A DNA stretch of 63,992 nt, filler included, from Craspedostauros australis (lineage: Eukaryota), in the NCBI GenBank assembly GCA_030167865.1. It is 11 parts of 11 records of this genome, joined end to end, with 100 filler letters (N's around TTAATTAATTAA, not from the genome) between each part and the next. Parts side by side here need not be neighbours in the genome. Positions count along the whole stretch, not along the records: positions 2,102 to 24,556 come from JALAGF010006005.1; 10 more parts are not named here. The stretch is one strand, 5' to 3'. The translations under genes were made by a program, and so were the position numbers. The number at the start of each line of letters is the position of its first letter. Position 1 is the first letter of the stretch. Positions 12,715-21,800 of this stretch are shown here, in pieces. The notes under the pieces were generated by a model, which worked only from the letters and a program-made list of their open reading frames with translations, was not told where the DNA came from and did no database searches.

Positions 12715-15450
12715 ATGATGATCAGCACCAAGACAATCGCAACCACCGCTACTCTCCTTGTCATCTTCATGGCAATGACCGAAGCTCGCCTCAATGGACG
12801 CAAGATTACAGATGCAGCTGATGAAATGCACCTGGCATTGCGAGCCACCCGCAAGCTCAGGACTGATCTCGACGTCGGCAACATCAAGACTGGGAAAACA
12901 ACAAGTTCAACCACGAGTCACCATCGGCTCAGCCGACTGACACAGAGTTGTCCGAACTAACCTCATCGCCGACTGGACCACCAACCGCCAGCCCGACCAC
13001 TACCAGCTCCACGGGTCCCCCGACCTCATCTCCCATAGATGAGGCGGGCGCGTCACCAACAGGCCCACCGACCACCTCGCCAACCGAGATGCCCTCGATG
13101 CCACCGGCCACCCAAACAGTCTCTTCTCCCACCTCCCAGCCCACTCTCATGCCAACATCCAAGCCATCAGCTGCCCCAATCGCAATCACCTTCGACTCCA
13201 CCATCGAAGTCTCTTGCCAACCAGATGGCGACACCGCTCTCACGCCAGAAGAAGCCAGTACCAAGACCATCATCTGCAATGCCGCCAAGCCATCCTGCCG
13301 CGAGGCCGTCACCGCCGTCAAGGAGTCCGCAGATTTGCAGAACTTCTTCGGATGCGCAGGAGACCTCGGCGAAGGAGCCGCACGCAAGCTCTTCAACCAA
13401 TACGCATCCAATGACATGCTCGCTGGTCAATTGGCGTTGATCGCTGCCACCAAGCCGACCCTCATCACCGAGCGACCGGACGCAATGCAGGCGACCTGCA
13501 TGGCCATCGGGATGGCCCAGTCGCCACCCGCAATCGATCCATGCTGCCAAGGATCTTCGGGATGCACCTCTGTCACCGGTTCTGCCTCCGACTCTCCTCC
13601 ATTCATGACCATCGCAGTCACTGCATGTACCGGCGACAGCGCTTGCAAGGACATGGGCCCCAATCCTCTCATTCTCGATTCCTCCTGCACTGGCGTGAGT
13701 GCATGTGAATTGATGAATGAGAACGAGATCAATCCCTTCATCACAGGAGTCACCTTCGTTGGCGAGATGGCGTGCATCAGCCCTCGATCTTGCGAGGGAG
13801 TGGGACGTCGATCCCATGGTGATGTGACCATCCAGACTGGCGCATGCATCGGATCCGAAGCATGTAACTCAGCTGGACGCCGTGTGGAACAATCAGGCTC
13901 GTCCTTCCGCTTCCGCAGCCACATCCACATTGGCTCGAATGCTTGTGTTGGCAGCAACGCCTGCAAGGATGCCCATTCAAGCGTGAATCACGGCGCTGGT
14001 GGCAAGCTTGCAGGTAGCTTGACCATCGGCGATGGTGGCTGCACCGCTGATGGGTCATGCGAGAAGATGGGTTTCAACGACAGGATGAAAACGGACATCA
14101 TTGTCCCTCCTGATGGATGCGGCGCTGTTGAGAGCTGCAGAGGATGCATGACGAACACTGAATGCGCTATTGATGAGGTGTACCTGATCAGTGACGTTGA
14201 TGGTGCCTGTCCCAAGGGAGGAAGCGACACCAACTACAATCCAACAGGAGACAAGGTGGATGAGTACTGTGTTGGCAAGGATACCTTGCCCACAGACTGT
14301 CCGACTTTTTCCCCCACTCCTTTTCCAACACCTCTCACATCCAGTCCAACGAGTAGCCCCACCAATTTGGCATCTGCTGTGCCAAGCGCCCAGCCAATCG
14401 TCCCCCCGAACCTCTTTGGAAGTTGGATGTCTCGCCGGTCCGGGAGATACAGGATCGACGTTCAATACCATTACCACTGGTGAGGTCTTCTGCGATGGTA
14501 CAACGGGCACATGTGCAGAGTTTGTGGCCGCAATCGACAGTCTTGGTGACAAGGGGAAGATGATCAAGAGCATCTTTGGATGCAACGATGAAGCAACTCC
14601 CAACATCGTGACGTTGGATGTGGCTCAGAAACGCTTCAACAAGATCAAGAACGATGCGGGTGTGACCAATGCGTTGTTGGACACAGTGGCGACCATGAAG
14701 CTCTACACTGGAAGTGGGCCTGCGGTGAGTGCAGCTTGCAATGGCTCATGCTGTGACGGTAGCAATGTGTGCACCACCTTGCCTACAACTGGCGTGATGA
14801 CGGTGAGCGACGGGTCTTGCAATGGCTCCCGTGCCTGCGGCGTGATGCGCCCCGACACAATCATACTCGAAAGCTGCAGTGGCAATCGACCTTGTGAGGC
14901 ACTAGGCTGGTTTGACCCGATAGAGCCAGCTGCTGATGTCGAAGTCGGATACAGGGTGATTGGACCACGAGCCTGCAACAATGCATTGCATGCTTGCATC
15001 GGGGTTGGAAAGAATGTCTTTGGCAACATACGAGTGGAAGAAGGAGCATGCATTGATGAAAGCGCATGCAACGATGTGGGTTCCCGCGCCAGCCAAGGGG
15101 CTACCACGTCACCGATCGTGGCAAATATCTTCATTGGAAAGAATGCATGCCAAGCGTTTTTCGCTTGCAATGGGTTGCATACAGCGCCCGGGGTTAGTTC
15201 AAAAACCGCAGGAAATTTGATCGTTGAGGAGGATGCATGTAACGGAGAAGAAGCGTGCAGATACCTTGCCCAAAATGACGCCGCAGTCAATGATATCCTT
15301 ATCAAGAAGGATACCTGCACAGCAAGCAACGGATGTAATAGTTGTGCACAGGCAGAGCTGTGTGGTGGAGATGTGGCAAAGACGTACGTGATCGACGACG
15401 CAAGCGATGACTGCCCTGGGCCAAACCCAAACGCTTGCGAAGTCCTGTAA
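12715..15450 (+). CDS. Secreted mucin-like protein with two PT-linker plus Cys-repeat modules, split by two frameshifts (pseudogene or assembly indels)
   Basis: Signal peptide ORF at 12715. Module 1 is in the -1 frame (about 12888-14405) and module 2 returns to the first frame. The modules align: STIEVSC/TSLEVGC, NFFGC/SIFGC, HIHIGSNAC/NIFIGKNAC, GKLAGSLTI/SKTAGNLIV. Confidence 0.75.
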
Positions 15451-15564
15451 AGTCTCGTAAAAGTAGAATGAGTGATAAGTTTAGAATTGACCGAAAATGA
15501 TGCAGTCCGCCCTCTCTCTCCCTAGAAACTCAATGAGAGTGTACCATGTGCTTTGCAGCGCCCG

Positions 15565-17709
15565 CTAGTTCGTTTTGGCCTCCGAGTGAATGCCAAGCGC
15601 CTGCTCGCGAGAGACTTCCCACACCTTGACGAGACTGTGGAATTCACCATTCTCACCAAATCCATCGACGCCCGCCTCGACGGCCTTGGTGTAAAAGTCG
15701 CGTGTGAATTGAACACCGGGTGTGATGAACGGAATCTCCACCGTCGATGCGGAGACCTCGCATGGCACACCGGAGGCATCGAGATCATCGAGAAGGTCGG
15801 GATATGGGATTTTCCAGATGGGATACTGCAGGGGACATTGAAATTTGCCCATCTCGGAATCCCTCCATGCCTTGATGTGGTCGAGATGCAGATCGCCAAA
15901 GGCCATGGTGATGGGAACGTCGGGGTAGGCCTTGCGCACGACGGCGAGGCCTTGCGCGATGCGTTCGGGGTAGGTTTCGCCGCTCGAACGGCGCAGGGGG
16001 ACGCCGACGAGGGAGAGCTTGAGATGTTTGGCCTGTTCCACGACCTTGTCGATGGGAATGTCCTGGTTGGCAATGATGCGGTCCCTGGCATCGAAGGAGG
16101 TGAGGAGAACGAGACCGAATCGTTGCGATGGCTCACACTGCTGATACGTCTTGGCGAGCGAACGGATGGTGAGGAAGGAATCCTTGCCACCGCTGAAGGA
16201 GAGGATAGTGATCTTGTCATGCGCGGCAGGGTGTAGGAAGGAGGAGGCTTCCTCCGAATCGAGCTCATCGTGCACCAACCACGCCGGCTGCTGGATGCGA
16301 GATGCTTTCGATCCGGGCCTGACGTTCTCGTGACTGTACGGACAATGCCGACAGCCGGAACCACAGCACTTGCCGCGATTCGTGTGGGCCAGCTCAGTCA
16401 TGACGGAGAATCCCGTCGCGGGATCTTTGTAGCTGAGCTCTCCCTTGTCACAGGCTTCCTTGTGGATCTCCGCAAACCCGGCAATGTCCTCTATGTCGGC
16501 GATCGCCGTGCCGATAATCCTGGATGGCTTCTCCTGCAGCAGATCGACGATGTCCCAATTGTCCTCGCGCGGTGGCAGAAACCCAAGCTTCGTGAGGTCC
16601 TGAATGACGCCGGGATGCGCCTGGCCATGCGCGCACGCCGCCATGATGGCCGTGCCGGCCAGGAGATGCGGCCCCGGCTGGGCGATGTAGATGTTGCCGT
16701 TGCAGGCGTAGAGGTTGCTCTGCTGGCACGAACGCAGCGGCAGCAGCTGCCGGCGCGACAACCACGTGTCACGAATGTTGCGCTGCAGATCAAAGCCACA
16801 GCATCCCACGAGGATGCAGTCGGGATCGGTCTTGTAGACCGTGTCCCACGTAAGCTGATGGGACTTTGGATCGCGCTGGGGATCCTTGTCCTTGCGGGCA
16901 AGCTGGATGCCGGCGTAGTCCATCATCTGGTAGGTCCAGTGTCCGCCGTCGAAGGGTGGTGCAAGCCATTCCAGGATGAGCATGCTGGGCCGTTTGTCGT
17001 GTTGATTGTCATCATCGTTGCTGGTGTTGTCGACAACCTCAGCTCCGCGGTACTTGCGCACTACGGACTGGATGCGCTCCAGATCGGCCACGAAGTCCCT
17101 GCGCATGTTGATTCCGCGCTGTTCCACGCCGCAGGCCTTGGCGACAGTCACGTAGCTGTCCGCCACATCGTCCATCGTGGTGGGTGTCAGGGAGACGACA
17201 TGAATGTCCGTCGCTTTGCCGTCTTTCGTCTGTCCCATGACGCGGTAGACGTCGGTGGTCGTCGGCGCGCAGACGCTGCACAGATCCTGCGTGAAGACGA
17301 CGGTGGGTCTGGCCAGCACGAACTCCTCCTTGACCAATCCGTACAGCGTTGGAATGTCATCCAGTTCTCGCAGTGGCGGTTCCTTGTCCGCATCACCTGG
17401 CAGATCGCAGACCTTGTTGGCCAGGTCGTATTCCCTGCGGGCCTTGGAGGTCTCCGTCACGGCATCGTGGATGGCGCTCTGCGATTCCATCTGCTCGGCC
17501 GTCAATCCATTCTTCGTCAACGTGCGGATCGCCTCCTCGCCATCTTTGGCACCATCACCGAACAGCACTTCCTCTCCCACCAGCTCATGGCATTCGTGGG
17601 TGATGCCAACGATGTATTGTCTCAGTCCCAACGCGAGGCAGATGGCCGTGGCCGATGGCTCCAGACACGCGATGCGCAGCTCCTGCTCTTGGTCTTTCGT
17701 TTCTGTCAT
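15565..17709 (-). CDS. Fusion protein: BtuF/TroA-like binding domain, DUF5522-like Cys-rich domain, Dph6/MJ0570-like PP-loop ATP pyrophosphatase
   Basis: LEPSATAICLALGL..VGITHEC, VFTQDLCSVCA, ILEWLAPPFDGGHW; then HKEAC..YKDPATG..RGKCCGSGCRHCPY; then SFSGGKDS, AFGDLHL, YPIW, GVDGFGENGEFHS. Intact 714-aa ORF with no introns needed. Confidence 0.87.
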   Translation of the reverse strand: MTETKDQEQELRIACLEPSATAICLALGLRQYIVGITHECHELVGEEVLFGDGAKDGEEAIRTLTKNGLTAEQMESQSAIHDAVTETSKARREYDLANKVCDLPGDADKEPPLRELDDIPTLYGLVKEEFVLARPTVVFTQDLCSVCAPTTTDVYRVMGQTKDGKATDIHVVSLTPTTMDDVADSYVTVAKACGVEQRGINMRRDFVADLERIQSVVRKYRGAEVVDNTSNDDDNQHDKRPSMLILEWLAPPFDGGHWTYQMMDYAGIQLARKDKDPQRDPKSHQLTWDTVYKTDPDCILVGCCGFDLQRNIRDTWLSRRQLLPLRSCQQSNLYACNGNIYIAQPGPHLLAGTAIMAACAHGQAHPGVIQDLTKLGFLPPREDNWDIVDLLQEKPSRIIGTAIADIEDIAGFAEIHKEACDKGELSYKDPATGFSVMTELAHTNRGKCCGSGCRHCPYSHENVRPGSKASRIQQPAWLVHDELDSEEASSFLHPAAHDKITILSFSGGKDSFLTIRSLAKTYQQCEPSQRFGLVLLTSFDARDRIIANQDIPIDKVVEQAKHLKLSLVGVPLRRSSGETYPERIAQGLAVVRKAYPDVPITMAFGDLHLDHIKAWRDSEMGKFQCPLQYPIWKIPYPDLLDDLDASGVPCEVSASTVEIPFITPGVQFTRDFYTKAVEAGVDGFGENGEFHSLVKVWEVSREQALGIHSEAKTN

Positions 17710-18212
17710 TCTGGCTGGGACAGCAGTGCACTCTGTTGCTGTATATTGCTGTATGTTGTACTGTGTTGCTATTGCGATTGCGATTGCTATTGCTGTTCGA
17801 TGTATGGTAATAGATTCCCGCTGAATGTTACACTTTGTGGCTCCAACAAGGAAAAACGCGCAGAAACGAGATCCCTGATGCGGGTTGTTGCGTGGCGCGA
17901 GAGAACCTCACAAATTGTGCCGATCTTTGGCGCTCTTGAAGAACGTGCTTCGCATTCTAGTTTCGTTCTGTAGACTTTAGTGTACATGATGCGCAGAACA
18001 AGAGGATGGGTTGGGTACGCAGAGTCACTGTATTGGTACCGACAGAGCGATTCTAAACTAACCTGTCCAGATTATTCAGTTGTTGAATTGATAGAGTGTC
18101 TCTGAATCTGCATCTTCATCCATGCCTCGCTGCTACCTCCATCACAGGCACCCTAACAAGCCACGGCGGCTTGTCCATACCATGCCTTTGCATGGTCTCA
18201 ATCCATCATAAC

Positions 18213-20777
18213 TTAATTCATCTCCTTTTGCTTGCACTTCCAGCACTGGCACGGCCCGGGGTTGCCGTCGGTGACGCCCATCTGACGACGGATCTGCCCC
18301 CAGTTCGTGTTGAGCTCGTTCGTGCGCACGAGATCGCCCTGGTTCACGATCACGGTACCGCGAGGACGCGCCAGCTTGGTGGCGTAGCCCGGCAGCGGCG
18401 TGAGGTCCCAGTCCTCCGTGTTGGGCACGAGGAAGGAGCCGTATCCCAGCTTCTGCATGGTGTCGACGATACCGACGTTGAGCTTTTGGAGCAGCTCGGG
18501 CGAGTACTTCTTCAGAGCCTTTCCGATACCACCGGAACGCGGCTTGTACGAACCGAGCTTCTCGATGGTCTCCGCGGCGAAGCAGTGCTCGATGCGACGG
18601 CAGAAGAAGTGCATGTGATCGACGTCGAGGGCGTGTTCCAGCACGCGTGCCATGACGCGGTCGGTGTGGCGCGTGAGATCTTCGTATCGCACGAGCAGGG
18701 TGGGGATTTCCTGGGCCAGCCAGTACTCGTGGAAGTCGCGCCAGACCTGGATCTCCTTCATGGCCATCTCCTCGAAGGCGGCGCGATTCTTGGCGCGGAC
18801 CTCCTCCGACACGGACGTGGTATGCGTTCTGGTCATCATGAGGTTAAAGTAAGAGTCGATGGCATCGTAAGGGTTGCGCACCAGCAGGATGACGCTGGAG
18901 GCCTTGAAGGGTGGCACACCACGGCGTTCGGGGAAATGCGTCTTGACGAACTGCACCATGCCGTTGCCGACGGCGGCCTCTCCGACGAGATCGTGCTTCG
19001 CCAGACCTCCACGCATGTCGGATCCCGTGACACGCACGGTGGTGCGTTCGTAGAGGGTTCTCATGAGGGAGTTTCCGGAACGCGGGTAGGATGCGAGGAT
19101 GGCCACGGGCTGGTTGATGGGAGAAAATAGCATGAGCTCGTACTTTGGCGGGTTGGGGAATGGCTTGCTCTCCCTGGAGCACACGAGCACTCTCTCCCAC
19201 TCGTCGTTGGCCAGCGTTGAAGTGGACTTGTTCTTGTCGTAGGTGAGGTTGGGAAAGTCCTTGGCGTTGGCACGCTTGTAGAGCCTGCGGGAATTCAATC
19301 GTTCCAGGAGGGTGTGGGGGTCGACGATCCCGAGCTGGCTGTTGAGCTGGATGCGGGGGCGTGCCGGGAAGACGAGGTTCGCCGGCGGCACCACCTGGCC
19401 CTGCTGCTCGGCGGGCTTGCCTGTTTTGGTGTCGAGCATCTTGGTGGAGACCGGGCGTGACATCTTGGTTGGATCCGTCGTTGCATAATTGGGCAATACA
19501 TCTGGGTTGGCGACACCCGCTTTTGTTGCTGCGTCGTTGTCGGCACCAGCCGTAGCATCAGTGGCATCTGGATCCTTGCACTCTTCCACCTTGGTTTCAG
19601 CCTCGGCACCAGCGTCAGCCGTAGTAGTAGCAACGGTGGCGTCTGCATCCTTGCTGTCTTCCACCTTGGTTTCAGCCTCGGCTTCTGGCGTGGCAGCTGC
19701 AGGATCTGCTTCGGAATCCTTCTTGTCATCGGCAGTTGGTGCTTCCACCGCAGCTTCAGCTTCTGGTTTAGCCTCAGCGCTTGCCTCTCCAGTCTTCTCC
19801 TTCTCCTTCTCGGCCAGGGCCATGAGCCGCATGTGCTCCGCGACGGTCTGCGGCTCGCTGTTGGCGTTAGCGTCGGCAGCAGCAACCGCGTCCTCCTTGG
19901 GCTCCTCCTGAGCATCCTTCTTCTCATCCACGGGAAGCATGCGCAGGACCTGACCGCGACGCGGCATCTCTCCCTGCTTGACGACCTCCTGCGCGAACTT
20001 CTCGTTCTGCCGCATCCTCATGCGCTGCTGGTTGACCTGCTGCAGGTACCTCTGACGCTGCTGCGGTTGCTGCAGGCGGTTGAAGATCTGCTGCTCCTTG
20101 GGGTTTAGGTTGACCATGACCTGTCCCTGCGCGTTGAGGGTGGCCCCGTTGGCGATGAGCTGCTCGCGGTGCTTCTGCTTCTGGATCTCCTGCTGCTTGA
20201 TGGACATGCCCCAGTTGGCCGGGTGCATGGTCTGCGGGCGCTTGCCGAAGTCCGGATGTCCCGGCGGCGGCGAGTTGGGCACGAAGAGCGGCCCCAGCAT
20301 GGCGGCGTGCAGCCAGTTCTGGCGTTCCCAGTCCTGCAGGAAGGGCATGATGACGAAGACGATGTGCGGGCGCAGGTACTCCGTCATGAACCGGATCTGC
20401 GGGTGGTGCGGCTGGTTGGTGCCGAGCGGCGTGCGGAAGGGCGGACGCGGGTAGCTGCGCTGGGCGATGTCGCGCACGTCCGACTGGTCCACGTGCGGGT
20501 ACTTCTCGTCGTTGATCTTGGTGAGCCGCTGCAGCTCGGCCTGGATCTTCTGGTTCTCCTGGATGGCCTTGGCGCGCTTCTCGGCCATCTCCTTCTTCGC
20601 GGCCTCCTGCCGTCGCATCTCCTTGAGGCGCTGGATGTGCCGATCGGCCTCGCTCGAGATCTCCGTCTGCAGCTCGTTGTCGGCCTTGGCGATCTTCTTG
20701 CCGGATTCGGAGGCCTTCGGTTCCGGTGGGCGGGCGGCCGCCATGGCCGTCGCGGCTTGTTCAGCGGCAGTCGCCAT
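18213..20777 (-). CDS. PAPS-dependent sulfotransferase domain protein with long coiled-coil/low-complexity N-terminus
   Basis: LASYPRSGNSLMR (5'-PSB loop), FVKTHFP, LLVRNPYDAIDSY (3'-PB motif), LLVRYEDL. Confidence 0.87.
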   Translation of the reverse strand: MATAAEQAATAMAAARPPEPKASESGKKIAKADNELQTEISSEADRHIQRLKEMRRQEAAKKEMAEKRAKAIQENQKIQAELQRLTKINDEKYPHVDQSDVRDIAQRSYPRPPFRTPLGTNQPHHPQIRFMTEYLRPHIVFVIMPFLQDWERQNWLHAAMLGPLFVPNSPPPGHPDFGKRPQTMHPANWGMSIKQQEIQKQKHREQLIANGATLNAQGQVMVNLNPKEQQIFNRLQQPQQRQRYLQQVNQQRMRMRQNEKFAQEVVKQGEMPRRGQVLRMLPVDEKKDAQEEPKEDAVAAADANANSEPQTVAEHMRLMALAEKEKEKTGEASAEAKPEAEAAVEAPTADDKKDSEADPAAATPEAEAETKVEDSKDADATVATTTADAGAEAETKVEECKDPDATDATAGADNDAATKAGVANPDVLPNYATTDPTKMSRPVSTKMLDTKTGKPAEQQGQVVPPANLVFPARPRIQLNSQLGIVDPHTLLERLNSRRLYKRANAKDFPNLTYDKNKSTSTLANDEWERVLVCSRESKPFPNPPKYELMLFSPINQPVAILASYPRSGNSLMRTLYERTTVRVTGSDMRGGLAKHDLVGEAAVGNGMVQFVKTHFPERRGVPPFKASSVILLVRNPYDAIDSYFNLMMTRTHTTSVSEEVRAKNRAAFEEMAMKEIQVWRDFHEYWLAQEIPTLLVRYEDLTRHTDRVMARVLEHALDVDHMHFFCRRIEHCFAAETIEKLGSYKPRSGGIGKALKKYSPELLQKLNVGIVDTMQKLGYGSFLVPNTEDWDLTPLPGYATKLARPRGTVIVNQGDLVRTNELNTNWGQIRRQMGVTDGNPGPCQCWKCKQKEMN

Positions 20778-21381
20778 GCTTGCGTTGCTGTTTGCTTGGT
20801 TGCTTAGTTACCTGGCTGCTGAATGTGGAGAGAACTGGCGTTCGTTTTGGAGCCGAATCTAATACAATAATATGATATGATATGATATGGTGCAGCAATG
20901 CTTGTGGAGAAGCTGTTGTGGAGTATCACTACTGCCTGATCTCGAGCTGCAGTTCCATGCGTTCTGATGCGCTCGATGTTCAACTTGTGTCGTCGTTCGG
21001 ATTGTGAGTTGCCTTGCGCCTTTGTCTTCTGTTGTGTTCGTCCGTTGCGTCGGAACGTTCCAGTGGGATGCGGCAGCCCTGCGACGAGTTCCGGTGAGGT
21101 GGCGAAGCTGGTGAGGAGAAGGACGATCCAAACTGTCGCCACTAACCGCGATCACACTCGTTCGCACCAACTTTCACTGGTTCTTGGGAAGAGTGCACCT
21201 ACTCGCACATTGCGTGCGAGACGGAACTGCGCGAAGCTTCGCGCACCCCAGATTGTGACAACAATGACACTTTCGACCGTTGAGATTGTCCGTGTCGCTG
21301 TGACACAAATGCGGACATTGTAGGTTTGGGGCTGATTAAGTACTAATGCAGAGCACTTCGTTGACTTCTCCTCCAAACACA

Positions 21382-21580
21382 GGCAAACACGAAGATGTCG
21401 TCGCACAAAGACAGAAAGGGAACTGTGCGAACAAGACCACGACACACACACGCAAACACACGCAAACACACGCAAACACACGCAAACACGCACAAACACA
21501 CGCAAACACACGCAAACACGAAGATGCTTGTGCACAAAGAGAGAAAGAGAGAACTGTGCGAACAAGACAACAACACACAC
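21382..21580. repeat. Tandem ACACGCAAAC-type 10-mers flanked by an approximately 68-nt direct repeat
   Basis: About seven 10-mer units at 21446-21520. GCAAACACGAAGATG...GAACTGTGCGAACAAGAC occurs twice. Confidence 0.85.
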
Positions 21581-21800
21581 CGCTCAACCCCATACTCCAG
21601 CACATCAACAACAGACATCGAATTGCCGCTCATAATCATCACACAGTGTATGGTACTCATACTGATACAAGCTATTGAAGACACACCATCGATATCTCTG
21701 CCATAGGCATAATAGCTCAGACCACACACTTCCTCGACAGCCAATCCAACATCAATCGTCCAGCAACCATCGTCCAGCAACCATCGACCATCCTCTCAAA

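Noticed and set aside
16270..17973. Long antisense ORFs (also 8001-9044, 18096-19130, 55683-56744, 57596-59326)
   Set aside because: Shadows of GC-rich or repetitive coding sequence on the other strand, with no recognisable motifs.
21446..21520. Telomeric repeat
   Set aside because: Short, internal and irregular; a simple tandem repeat.
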